Shown here: positions 1 to 14,868 of the stretch, in pieces
Layout of the letters: each line of letters begins with the position of its first letter
How positions within the stretch are numbered: position 1 is the stretch's first letter
Assembly (NCBI RefSeq): GCF_009914755.1
Contig: NC_060930.1
Length of the DNA: 64,000 nt
From: the human T2T-CHM13v2.0 reference genome, Homo sapiens
Direction: 5' to 3' (one strand)
The notes under the pieces: generated by a model
The model's database searches: none
What the model saw: the letters and a program-made list of their open reading frames with translations, nothing else
What the model was told of the DNA's origin: nothing
Made by a program: the position numbers and the translations under genes

Positions 1-1400
1 TTAAACCAATCTTATATTCCTAGGATAAACTCCACTTGTTTGTGATGTGTTATAGTTTTAATTGCTGGATTTGGCTTGCTAATTTTTGTTACGGAGTTTT
101 AAAATATTTGTTCAGGAGGTATACTTGTCTGTGCTTCTATTGCACCGTATTTACTTCTAGTAGGAAGGTTATGCTGCCTTGTTTCATAAAACAAGTTGGA
201 AAGTGTTTCTGTAAAAGAGTAATAACTCTTTTATAAAACAGTTTAAGATGGGCATTATTTCTTCCTTAAATGTCTGATGGCATTCATTGGTGAAGCCATC
301 TGGACCTCGAGTTTTCTTTGTGGTAATGGTTTTGATTACAAATTCCATTTCTTTCATGGATATAGGTTTACTAAGGATATTTGCTTTCTCTTGAATGAGC
401 TTTGGCAGCTTGTGTTTTTTGCCTTGCTTGTTGGATTTTGTTGGCATAAAGTTGTTTATAATACCCATTATCATTCTTCTAATATCTATCAGATCATAGT
501 GATATCCTCTTTTATTTGTGAAACTGATAATTTATGTTTTCTTGTTCTGTAATCTTTGGCCCTTGTGTTAGTTAGAAATGTGTGGCTCAATTTCCTAATG
601 TTTGGGAATTTTCTGGGTATTGTATTGTTATTCATTTCTAATTTCATACTTGTGTGGTCAGAGAATTACTCTATCATTTTTATTATTGGAAATTCATTGA
701 GACTTTTTTTCTGGCTTGACACATGTTGTATCTTGGTGTATGTTCCATGTGGACTTAAACAGAATGGATATTCTGCAGTTGTTGGATATTATGTTCTATA
801 AATGACAGGTCCAGTAGTATTATTTAAATCTATGTGTTTGTTGATTTTTGTCTCTGCTTTCTTTAAGTAGTGAGAGAAGGGCATTAAAATTTCCAGCTAC
901 AATTGTGTATTTGTTGATTTCTTTAGTTTTGACAATTTTGACTCATGCATTTTTAGGTTCTGTTATGAGGTGATTACATACATAGTATTGTCATATCTTC
1001 TTAATAATTGTCCATTTTATCATTACCAAATATCCCACTTTATAGTAATACTTCTTGTCTCAAAGTCTGCTTGGTCTGATATAACACAGTCACAAACACT
1101 TTCTTATGCTTAATGTTTGCATAGTATAGCTTCTTGCACATTTTACAACTTTATATTTAATGTGTTTCTTTGCTATATTTTTTGGTATTGCTTATTTATC
1201 AAATCTAATAAACTGCCTTTTAACTGGAATGTTTAGTCCATTTTTACTTGATATGGTTGAGTTTAATTCTACCATCTTGCTACTTTAAAAAATTATTTAT
1301 TTTTTGTTTACCTCTTTCTCCATTCTTGCCATCTTAGGTATTTTCAATATTCAGTTGCTTTTCTCCTCTATTATATTGTCAGGTATTTTATAGTTAAATC
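1..1400 (-). mobile_element. Old L1 (L1M-type) ORF2 fragment, antisense, degenerate
   Basis: Minus-strand ORF 184-474 contains TKKTRGPDGFTNECHQTFKEEIMPIL, matching the L1 ORF2 [12 protein letters not shown] motif; T-rich antisense L1 composition. Confidence 0.8.
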
Positions 1401-1506
1401 ATTTTATTCAGAAAGAAACTAAAATTTATTTTTATTTTGAATGACTTTATTTTTTAAAGCAGCTTTAGGTTCACAGCAAAAATGAGCAGAAAGAACAGAA
1501 AGTTCC

Positions 1507-2098
1507 TGTGTTAGTCTGTTTTGCATTGCTATAAAAGAATACCTGAGGCTAAGAAATTTGGAAAGAAGAGAGGTTTATTTAGCTCATGATTCTGTAGGCT
1601 ATACAAGAAGTGTAGTGTCAGTATCTGCTTCTGGTGAGGCATTAGGAAGCTTACAATCATGGCAGAAGGCAAAGGAGAAGCCAGCGGGTGACATGTTGAG
1701 AGAGGGAGCAAGAAAGAGAGGGAGGAGGTGCCAGGCTCTTTTTAAACAACTGGATCTAATGTTAACTCATTACCACAGGGAGGACACTTAGTCATTGATG
1801 AGTCATTTACTGTCACCATACTTTTGTCTTTTCTAAAATGTCATGTAGTTGGAATCACGTAGTATGTAGACTTTTCAGATTGGCTTCTTTTACTTAATAA
1901 TATGCATTTATGTGTCCTCCATGTCTTTTCATGGCTTCATAGCTAAGGTGTTTTTTTTTTAGCACTGGATAATTGGATAATATTCTGCAATATTATCCAC
2001 CCCCATGACCCAAGCATCTCCCACTGGGCCCACCTCCAACATTGGAGGTCACATTTTAATATCAGATTTGGAGGGGACAGAACATCCAAACCTTATCA
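1507..2098 (-). mobile_element. MST (MSTA/B-like) MaLR solo LTR with a ~190 bp foreign insert at 1804-1994
   Basis: Starts tgtgttagtctgttttgcattgctataaa and ends ccaaaccttatca; 5 bp TSD GTTCC at 1502-1506 and 2099-2103. Confidence 0.85.
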
Positions 2099-2368
2099 GT
2101 TCCCCTTTACCCCCATACTTCCTCACACACATAATCTCCCCAATATCAACATCCCACACCAAAGTGGTACATTTATTACAATCATGGAACCTACAGTGAC
2201 ACAACATTTACACCCAAAGTCCATAGTTTAGTTTTCCCTCTTGGTGATACACATTCTATGGATTTTGACAAATGTATAATGACATGTATCCACCAGTATA
2301 ATATCATACAGAGTATTTTCACTGCCTAAAAATCACCTATGCTTCACTTAGTGATTCTGTTCTTCTCC

Positions 2369-2645
<277 letters not shown>

Positions 2646-2875
2646 TCTTTCTCCATTTTACTGTTTCTATACTTTTGTCTTTTCCAAAATGTCATATAGT
2701 TGGAATCATGCAGTATGTAGTCTTTTCAGATTGGCTTCTTTTATTTAGTAATATGCATTTATGTTTCCTCCATGTCTTTTCATGGCTTCATAGCTAACTT
2801 TTGTTTAGCACTGGATAATTGGATAATATTCTGTTGTCTGAATATACCACGGTTTATTTATTTATTCACCTACCA

Positions 2876-3248
2876 TCTTAGGTGGCTAGGGCTGCCATTA
2901 ACAAAATAAGACAAGCTGCATGGCTTAAACAACAGAAATTTATTTTCTCAAAGTTAAGGAGGCTGGAAGTTCGAGATCAAGGTCCAGCAGGTCTTGTTTC
3001 TGGTGAGGACTTTCTTCTTGGTTTGCAGATAGCCACCTTCTCACTGCATCCTCACTGGCCTTTTCTCTGAGTTCATGTGGAGTGGCCAGGGAGAGATCTC
3101 TTCTTCTTATAAAGCCACCAATTGTGTTGGACCTCATTTAACCTTAGTTACCTCCTAAAGGCTCAATCTCCAAATACAGTCACATTTGGGATTAGGGCTT
3201 TAATATGTGAATTTGGAGAGGGGAGTAGAAACAATTCAATCCATAGAA
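2876..3248 (-). mobile_element. MLT1A-like MaLR LTR
   Basis: ggcttaaacaacagaaatttattttctca...ggaggctggaagttcgagatcaagg...ctccaaatacagtcacatt. Confidence 0.75.
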
Positions 3249-3879
3249 TCTATTGAAGGGCATCTTGGTTGCTTCCAAGTTTTGGCAATGCCATAAACAC
3301 CTGTATGCAAGATTTCTGTGGACATAGATTTTCAGCTCCTTTGGGTAAATACCACTGAGTGTGACTGCTGGATTATGTGGTAAGAGTATGTTTAAGAAAC
3401 TGCCAAACTGTCTTCCAAAGTGACTGTACAATTTTGCATTCTCACCAGCAATGAAAGTTCCTGTTGTACCACATCTTCACCAGCATTATTATCAGTGTTC
3501 TGGATTTTGGCCATTCTAATAGTTGTGTAGTGGTATCTCATTTTTTAATTTGAATTTCTGTAATGATATGTGATGTGGAGCATCTTTTCCTTTGCTTATT
3601 TGCCATCTGTCTTTATTATCTTTGGTGAGAAGTCCGTTCGGGACTTTCGCCCATTTTTTTAATTGGGAAATTGTGTTTTAATGCAAGATTTAATTTTATA
3701 GACTAGTAAAGTTTTAAAACAACCTGTGAATCTAGACATTAAAAAGCATTGGAACAATTTGTGAAATTTATAAATACAGTCCTTAAATAATTAAGTCAGG
3801 GGGGATCTCACCTCTCTGGACATTTATGGAGTCTTATTTACTGCATAAAGGCATTGCATATGTATGTGGAGGTGAAGAG

Positions 3880-4090
3880 CAGGATCAGCTATATAATTTG
3901 CAAGGCCCAGTGCAAAATGAAAATTCAGAGCCCCTTGTTAAAAAAGTTATTAATAATTTCAAACCACTCAGTGCCTCTTCAGACTTTACAGAGAGCAATC
4001 CTCCCTCTAGAAATTACTTTATGGCTGTATAATTTGTGTAGTTGTACAAGGTTCCCATGCTTAGAAAGGCCTCACATTTTGTTTAATCCT
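3880..4090. mobile_element. MER45A-like hAT-Tip100 MITE in two oppositely oriented halves (3880-3963 minus; 4008-4090 plus)
   Basis: caggatcagctatataatttgcaaggcccagtgcaaaatgaaaa matches the reverse complement of the recalled 3' half; ctttatggctgtataatttgtgtagttgtacaagg...gtttaatcct matches the CpG-decayed 5' half. Confidence 0.65.
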
Positions 4091-4265
4091 TAAACATTAT
4101 GGTTTCTAGCTACAGTTTCTAGCTGCAATTCTACAACAGAGGCAAGTTATTTTTTTTCAGATCTCAGTTTGCTCATTTCTTAGAATTGATCTATACTAGT
4201 AGTTTTCAAACCTGTTATTTTAAAGCAGTAGAACCCCCTTTACATCAAAATTTTTACTTGGAGTC

Positions 4266-4597
4266 TGCTGTGGTCTGAATATTTTTGTCTCCCCAAGATT
4301 TATGTTAACCGTAATCTCCAATGTGATACTGTAAGGAGGCGGAACTTTTGGGAGGTGATTTGGTCACCAGGGTGGGACCCTCATGAATGGGATTAGTGCC
4401 CTTACAGGGGCTGAAGAAACCATAATTTTTCCACCATGTGAGGATGTAGTAAAGTAGAAAGTGGATCCTCACCAGACACAAAATCTGCCATGACCTAGAT
4501 CCTTCCCAGTCTCGAGTTCTATAAGAAGTAAATTTCTGTTGTTTAAGCCACCCAATTTAAGAAATTTTGTTATAGCAGCCTCGATGGACTGAATACA
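4266..4597 (+). mobile_element. MLT1A/MST-like MaLR LTR
   Basis: tgctgtggtctgaat...gaatgggattagtgccctta...aaatttctgttgtttaagccaccc...ggactgaataca. Confidence 0.75.
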
Positions 4598-4722
4598 GGA
4601 TGGAATGATTACAGTCCTAAATATAAAACAGATAAAAGAGAAAGTATCTAATTAAAATCGCCTCTCTAATAGAAGGAGCCCATGAAATTCCACAGAATAA
4701 TTTGATAACACTCCATTGCGAT

Positions 4723-4945
4723 CAAGTTTGCCAACTACAGCCCTCAGGTCAGAAGCCCTCAGCTGCTAGCTGTTTTTGTACATAAGTTATTGGAACATAG
4801 CCACGCTCATTTGTTTACATGTCATTTCTGGCTGCTTCTGCTCTACAGAGTTAGAGTTGAGTAGTCTTGACAGAGTCCACATGGCTGGCAAAGCCTAAAA
4901 TATTTACTTTCAGGTCCTTAACAGAAAAAGTTTACCACTTCTTGA
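4723..4945. mobile_element. MER58A-like hAT-Charlie MITE
   Basis: ttattggaacatagccacgctcatttgtttac...gcaaagcctaaaatatttact...acagaaaaagttt. Confidence 0.75.
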
Positions 4946-5397
4946 TCTAGATTATTTATGCTGATGACACTGGGAGGATGGCAAGAACAAGACAAGGCAC
5001 AAGGGTTCCCAGGCTTGGAGAATGGGCAGGCTAACAAGGCAGGAAGTTAGATATCAGCTAACAATCAAGCGACCAATGTGGAACTGGTATGTATCACATG
5101 GATCCAGACCCTGAAATAAGATAGAAACCTAATTACCAAGACAGAGATACAAGGCTGAAATGAGAAAAGCAGCAAGTTTGCCCACATGCCAACTTAACTG
5201 AAGTATGGATTAGTCCTGAGATTTCTCCCCACAGTGGTTTAGCTTCCAGAGCCCTGCACGGAAATAGAGTTGGAGAATAAAGAAGTACTGGGACAGGGAA
5301 CTGGTGGGTCCTCATCAAAGTACTATAACTTTGATGAGATGAGAAGATAATGGCCCCTGGAAGGGTACGAGAGTGCAAACATAAAACACTCATGTCA

Positions 5398-5790
<393 letters not shown>

Positions 5791-5954
5791 CTAAAACAAA
5801 ATAGACTGTTTCCTAAACATCTTTGATAGGTACCATAAAAATGAATGAGATTACATACATGTACAAGGCAGTCTTTGACTTCAAGGATTATACATAGAAG
5901 TCAAAATACAATACACTGGAATATAATCCTGTGTATTTGAGGCTCCCTGTGGTA

Positions 5955-7011
<1,057 letters not shown>

Positions 7012-10000
7012 TTACCATCTTAGTGCTGCTTCTGTTGTTTTGAGTTGAATCAGGTCAGTCTTCATCTTGTTCTTGGGAAGTTTTGCCCCCAGTCAATGGG
7101 AAGCTAGCACGTTTTCCTATCATGTACTCTTAGTTGCCTCCCTCTCCTGTTATCATGTTGGAAACTGTGCAAGAGACAGAAGCCAAGAACTAAGGCTTTT
7201 CTTACCACTAAACAAACTGTTTTTAAACTAGGCAAAATAAGGGCCATTTCTTCGGGGGTGGAGTCATCTCGTTGCTATTTATGGCTTCTTGTTATAAATC
7301 CAATTTCTCAAAAAGAGTTCCAGCATTAGCAGATTTTAATGAAGTAGTTATTAAGCATATTTGGCTCTGATGAACGCAAATTTATTTCCTAATGATCTTT
7401 GTCTGACTGAAAATAGCAAGTCTTGAATATGTTAGTCTGTGCAGGGCATATTAATGTTTTCTTAATTTTTCCCAGTGATACTGAATCAAAATGGCTTTTG
7501 GCAAATCAGTCAACTGAAGCAGTAGGTAAGGACACCGAACTCCTGTCTCTTATTACTTAACATGATATATATTCAACTAAAATTACAGTATCCCATTTTC
7601 TTAGTGCTTTGAATGGAAAAGTTCCAGAAAGTAACCATTTGATTTAAAACTCCTAGCACTTTTTAAAACAAGGTATCATCTCCTTTTAAAGGTTAGAGTT
7701 CAGGGAGAAACATCAGCAAGATATCAGAGTAGGAGATGCCAGCCTTCATCCTCCCACAAAAAAAATAATAATTAGACAGCTATCCACAAGTGAAAATAGC
7801 TCTAGAGAGCTCAGGCATCAATTTGAAAAGCTGCAGCAACACAGCAAAGCCAAAAAAAAAAAAAAAAAAAACCACCCAGAATAATTGCACAAAAGGCATA
7901 GGAACAACAGTTTCATTTTGCCTGCACCATCTCATCTCCTGAGGCTGTCACTCCTCAGTGCTAAGAGGGAACTACCCAGTGCACAAGTTGTCCTTACAGG
8001 GAAAAGAAGAGCGGAATGAATGACCAACTTCCCCAGTCTTTTGGGGGCATTGCTCTAAGGATCTGCTTTGGTTTCACCTCACCCAGATCTCTGGGGACAC
8101 CAACATAGCTGAGACATCTGGAGAGGACTAAAAACTTAACATGACATATATTCAACTAAAAAACAAAGAAGGCTGGAGGCTATCACTGTCAGCCATATGG
8201 TGGATGCTATTGAGACCGCCCCCATGGCTTGATCCTCAACTCTCACCACTGAGGACCTCAACAGCAGCTCTTGTGGTGTTTCACAGCATCCCCCCACCGC
8301 CGCCACCAGCCAGCTCCACCGAGGACCCCCTGGTGTTCAACATTGTGGATCCAAGCAGTCTGCTCCACAGGGGATGCCAAAAGCTTTTGCCTTTGAGATC
8401 TACAGATTTTTGTCTTTGCAGACTCCAGCTGTCTGAGCTGCCACCTTTTTCTCCCCTTCCCAGAGCTTTCTTTCCACCATGGGTGCCCCATCCCCACACA
8501 TAGCATGGCCACTGCATGCACATGCTTGCAGATGGCTTGGGTTCCTGCATCAAGCCATGACATGCAATGTTGTATGTATGCCCACGGGTGATCCTGCAGG
8601 CATGTGTGTTTACATAGCTGACACTGACCCCACTGCCAGCTTTCACTACTATTCAGTCACCTGCAGCTAGCCATCAGCTCTGGTCCCCACAGCAGTGTAC
8701 ATGCACCAGCTAGCCCCAACTCCCTCACCACCAGGCACATATCTTCAGCTATTCCTTGCAGTCGAGCTCATGCATACTGGCAGGCCCAACCCCTGCAGCC
8801 ACACTGGCATGTACAGCTGGTCCCTGCAGCCACACATGTGTAAACTTCAAGCCCCGGTGTCCACCACTGTTAGCCCTTGTCCCTTGCTACTGAAGCCAGA
8901 GGCACTGCTGAGGACCCTAACAGCTTTTTTACTCACTGTAGATCCCCTGCAGTTCTTATCAATAAGGGTTTTCTGCTGCTGACGTCATGGACAGCTTTCT
9001 GAGCTGATAAGACTCTACACCACCCCCACACAAGACCCAAAGCTACTTTATGCTCCCACATTTGATATCTGGTGACACAGTATGCTCCAGGGCCCCCTCA
9101 CCCCACTGATAAACATCTTTTCTTACCACAGCCAGTCAATTAAATCTGGAAAAGGTCTTCCAAGGCACAGATACCTGCCTGTTTACCTATATATCAAACC
9201 TGCACAAACAAGGATCACAAGGAACCAGGGAAACAAGACACCAACCAAGTAACAAATAATTGTTCTAAAGAAGCTCAGCAGGTTACAAGAGAACATAGAT
9301 AAATGATGTAATGAAATCAGGAAAACAATATGAGAACAAAATGAGATATTCAAAAAAGAGATAGAAAACAGAAAAAGAGAGAACGAAACAGAAATTTTGA
9401 AGCTGAAGAATACAGTGACTGAAATAGAGAACGTAATAGAAAGTTTCAATAGCAGACTCAATCAAGCCAAAGAATCAGAACTTGAAGACATGTCATTTTA
9501 AATTATCAAGGCATAAAAGAAAAAGTGAAAAAGAATAAAAGGGAATGAAGAAAGCCTATGAGATTTTTGAGACCCCATCAAAACAGCTAACATTTGCATT
9601 ACGGAATCTTTAGAAGGAGAAGACAGAGAGGGAAAAGGACAGGAAACTATTTAAAGAAATAATGGCTGAAAATTTTCCAAGTTTGGGAAGAGATATGGAA
9701 ATCCAAGCACATGAAGCTCAATGGTGGTCCCCAAAGACTTCATTGGCACATATTTTAATCAAACTATCAAAAGCAAAGACAAAAGAGAGAAATTTGAAAG
9801 CAACAAGAGAAAAGAGGCTCACCAAACCAAGAAAATTTCTATGAGGCCATCAGCAGAAACCTTGCAGGCCAGGAGAACATGGAATGATATATTCAGAGTG
9901 CTGGAAAGAACCCCTGCCAAACAATAATAGTTTACCTGGCAAAGCTATTCTTCATAAATGAAGGATAGATAAAAATTTCCTCAGAGAAACAAAAGTTGAG

Positions 10001-10629
10001 GGAGCTCGTCATCATTAGACCTGCCTTAAACGAAATGCTAAAGAGAGTTCTTCAACCTGAAATGAAATAATGCTAATTAGTAATGTAAAAACATATGAAA
10101 ATATAAAACTTGCTTGGAAAGATAATTAGGTAGTCAAATTCAGAATACTCCAGTGCTGTAATAATGGTGTGTAAATCACTTATAACTCTAGTACAAAGAT
10201 AAAAAGTCAAGGCATTAAAAACTATATCTATAATAATTTATTAATGGGTTCATAATATAAGAAGTTATAAATTAAAAACATAAAATTGGGCAGAGCTTTT
10301 ATAGTGATCAAAGTTGTTATTAGATTAAAATAGCCTATTGTAACTATCAGATATTTTATGTAAGCCTAACAGTAACCACAAAAAAGTACCTATATTAGAT
10401 ACACAAAAGATAAAGAGAAAGAAATCAAAGCATACCACTACATAAAATAAATAAATCACAAAGATAACAGATGAGGAAGAAAGAAACAAAGAACCTACCA
10501 AACAGTCAGAAAACAATTAACAAAATGGCAATAATAAGTTCTTACCTCTCAATAATTATGTTAAATGTAAATGGACTACATTCTCTATTCAAAAGACATA
10601 GAGTGGCCGAATAGATTACATGCGTGCGA

Positions 10630-10631
<2 letters not shown>

Positions 10632-10663
<32 letters not shown>
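10632..10663 (+). repeat. (CA)n microsatellite, ~15-16 units, inside L1 ORF2
   Basis: Direct reading. Confidence 0.9.
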
Positions 10664-10665
<2 letters not shown>

Positions 10666-11474
10666 CCCATCTATATGCTGCCTACAAAAGACTGACTTCA
10701 GCTTTAAAGACACACATAGATTGAAAGGAAATAAATGAAAGAAAGACTTTCCATGCAAATAGAAACTAGAAAAGAGCAGGGGTAGCTATACCTATATCAT
10801 ACAAAATAGACTTTAAGTCAAAAACTGTAAAAGAAACAGTCATTATATAATGATAAATGAGTCAATTTATCAAGAGGATATATCAATTGTAAATATATAG
10901 GCACATAGCATTGGAACACCTTAATATATAAAACACATATGAACAGCTCTACAGAGAGAGTTAGACCACAAAAAAATAGTAGAGAAAAGTAATACTCCAC
11001 TTTCAACCATGGATCAGTTGTCCAGACAGAAAATCAGTAACACTGGACTTGAACACTATAGACAAATATACCTAACAGACATAAACAGAATATTCCACTC
11101 AACATGGTAGAATATTTTCCTCAATTGCACATGGAACATTTTCCAGAAAGGATCACATGCTAGGCCACAAAACAAGTCTTTACAAATTTAAGAAGATTGG
11201 ATTTATATCATGTATCTTTTCTGACCACAATGGTACAAAACAAGAAATCAACAACATGAAGAAATTTAAAAATTCACAATATGTGGAAATTAAACAACAC
11301 ATCCTGAACAACAAATGAGTCAAAGAAGAACTCAAAAGGAAAATTAAAAAAAATCTTGAGACAAATGAAAATGGAAACACAACAGACCAAAACTTATGGG
11401 ATACAGAAAAAGGCATTCTAAGAAGAAAGTTTATAGCAACAAGGACCTACATTAAGAAAAAAGGAAGATGTGCT

Positions 11475-11762
11475 GGCCTGGTGGCTCACACATGTAATCT
11501 CAGTGCTGTGGAAGGCCAAGATGGGAAGATTGCTTGAGGCCAGGAGTTTGAGATCAGCCTGGGCAACATAGTGAGACTCCACCTCTACAAAAAATAAATT
11601 AGACAGGTGTGGTAGCATGTACTTGTAGTCCTAGCTACTGGAGAGGCTGAGGTGGGAGCATCACTTGAGCCCAGGGTTTCAAGGCTGCTACGAGCCATGA
11701 TCATGCCATTGCATTCCAGCCTGGGAAAGAGGACAGCAAGTCCCTGTCTCTCAAAAAAAAAA
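11475..11762 (+). mobile_element. AluJ inserted in the L1MA ORF2
   Basis: gattgcttgaggccaggagtttgag...gggcaacatagtgagac; cacttgagcccaggg...aaggctgc (J-type features). Confidence 0.88.
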
Positions 11763-14700
11763 TTTTTAAAGAAGGATAAAAGAAAGATGTTGAACATAAG
11801 GAAACAGAATAAAACTAAACGAAGCCCAAAGTTTAAAAAGGAAGAATAAAATAAAGGATAATTAAAATCAGAGTAGAAATAAATAAAACATAGACTAGAA
11901 AAACAATAGAAAAATAATCAGTGAAACTGGGTTGGTTTGTTAGAACGGTAAACAAAATTGACAAACCTTTAGCTAGACTAACAAAAAAAAATAGAGCATA
12001 CTCAAATGCAATTAGAAAGAAAAGAGGAAACAACTGATATCACACAAAGAAAGGATCATAAGAGACTACTATGAATAATTACATTCCAACAAATTGGATA
12101 AACTAGAAGAAATGGATGAATTCCTAGAAACATACAACCTACTAAGACTTAAGAAATAGAAAAATCTGAACTGAACAATAATAGGAAGATTTAATCAGCA
12201 ATCAAGTCTTCCAACAAATAAAAGTCCAGGACCAAATGCTTTCACTGGTGAATTCTACTAAAATTTTAAAGAAAAATTAATGGAAATCCTTCTTAAAGTC
12301 TTCCAAAAGTTGAAGAGGAAATAATATTTTTAAACTCATTTTATGAGGCAAACATTATCCTGATACCAAAGCTGACAGGGACATTACTGAAAAATAAAAT
12401 TATAGGCCAATATCCCGATGGACAAAAATGCATAAACCCTCAAGAAAATACAAAAACCTTAATTCCACAGCACATTCAAATGATAATACACCATGATCAA
12501 GTGGTATTTATCTGTGGTATGCAACAATGGTTCAACATATGCAAGTCAAATGTGATACACCAAATTAACAAAATGAATAAAAAAAGATACGATTATTTCA
12601 ATAGATACAACAAAATTATCTGATAAAATTCAATATTTTTTCATGATAAGAACTTCCAACAAATTAGATATAGAAGAGATGTATTTTAACAAAATAAAGG
12701 CCATATGTGACAAGTCTGCAGCTAATGTCATACTCAATCGTGGAAAATTGAAAGCTTTTACTCTAAGATCAAGAAAAAAACAAGGATGCCCCCGCTCACC
12801 ACTTCCATTCAACACAATATTGTAAGTTCTAGTCAGAGCCATTAGGCCAGAAAAAGAAAGGGCATCCAAATCAGAAAAGATATAAAACTGTATGTGTTTA
12901 CAGATGACATGATCTTATATGTAGAAATCTCTAAAGATTCTATGAAAAACTATGAGAACTGCTACAGAAATTCAGTAAAGTTGCAAGACAGAAAATCAAC
13001 ATACAAAAATCAGTTTTATTTCTACACATTAACAATGAGCTAGCTGAAAAAGATATTAAGAAACAATCTTATTTACAACAGCATAAAAAAAGAAAACTTA
13101 GAAATAAATTTAACCAATGAGGTGAAAGATCTGTACACTAAAAATTATAAAACACTGATTAAAAAATGAAGAAGACATAAATATATGGAAAGATATTATT
13201 TGTTCATGGAGCAGAAGAATTAATATTCCAAAAATATCCACACTACACAAAGTGATCTACAGATTCAGTGCAATCACAATCAAAATTCCAGTGATATTTT
13301 TATAGAAATAGAGAAAATAATCCTAAAATTTATACAGAACCACAAAATATCCTGAATAGCCAAAGAAATCTTGAGCAAGAACCACAATGCTGGAGGCAGC
13401 ACACTTCTTGATTTTAAATTATATTACAAAGGAATAGAAATCAAAATAATATGATACCAGTATAAAAACAGACATATAGACCAATAGAACAAAATTAGCC
13501 CCAGAATAAACCCACACATATATAGTCAACTGATTTTTGATAAAGGTGCCAAGAACACACAATGGGGAAAAGATAGTCTGTCCAAAGAATGACGTGGGGA
13601 AACTGGATATTCACATGCAAAAAATTGAAATTGGATCCTTATCTTACTTCATGCACAAAAATCAACTCAAAATGGATTAAAGATTTAAACATAAATACTG
13701 GAACCATAAAACTCTTAGAAGAAACAAAGGGGAAAACTATGACACACATCGTAGCAATAAATTTTTGGATTTGACATCATATGCACAGGCAGCAGAGGTG
13801 AAAAAGTTAAAAATGGATTACAGAAAACTAAATACTTCTGCATAGCAAAGAAAATAATCTACAACATATAAAGGAAACCTATGGAACAGGAAAAAATATT
13901 TGTAAACCATATGACTGATAAGGAGTTTATATTCAAAATATATAAGAAATTCATGCAGGTGGCTGGCAAGATGGCTGAATACGAACAGCTCCAGTCTGCA
14001 GCACCCAGCAAGTTCAATGCAGAAGGCAGGTGATTTCTGCATTTCCAACGGAGGTACCTGGCTCATCTCATTTGGACTGGTTAGACACTGAGAGTAGCCC
14101 ACGGAGGGTGAGCTGAAGCAGGGTGGGGAGTCATCTCACCTGGGAAGTACAAGGGGTTGGGGAACTCCCTCCTCTAGCCAAAGGAAGCAGTGATGGACTG
14201 TGCCATGAGGGACAGTGCACTCTGGCTCAGATACCACGCTTTTCCCATGGTCTTCACAACCCACAAACCAGGAGATTCCCTCAGGTGCCTACACTACCAG
14301 CGCCCTGGGTTTCAAGCAAAAAACTGGGCGGCCGTTTGGGCAGACACGAAGCTAGCTGCAGGAGTTTTTGTTTCATACCCCAGTGGCACCTGGAATGCCA
14401 GTGAGACAGAACCGTTTACTCCCCTGGAAAGAGGGCAAAAGCCAGGGAGCCAAGTGGTCTAGTTCAGTGGACCCCACCCCCAAAGAGCCCAGCAAGCTAA
14501 GATCCACTGGCTTAAAATTCTCGCTGCCATGCCTCCTGACTGGGAAACACCTCCCAGCAGGGGTCGACAGACACCTCATACAGGAGAGCTCTGGCTGGCA
14601 TCTGGCAAGTGCCCCTCAGGGACAAAGCTTCCAGAGGAAGGTACAGGCAGCAATCTTTGCTGTTCTGCAGCCTCTGCTGGTGATACCCAGGCAAACAGGG

Positions 14701-14868
14701 TCTGGAGTGGACCTCCAGGAAACTCCTGCAGCAGAGGAGCCTGACTTTTTGAAGGAAAAGTAACAGATAGGAAGGAGTAGCATCAATACCAACAAAAAGG
14801 ATGTGCACACAGAAACCCCATCCGAAGGTTACCAACATCAAAGACCATAGGTAGATAAGACCACGAAG

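Noticed and set aside
8141-8982. Several 95-120 aa ORFs on both strands
   Set aside because: GC-richer old L1 5' UTR; no recognisable domain
14373-14579. Antisense ORF in the L1PA 5' UTR as a possible ORF0
   Set aside because: It spans the apparent deletion junction and I cannot match it to ORF0
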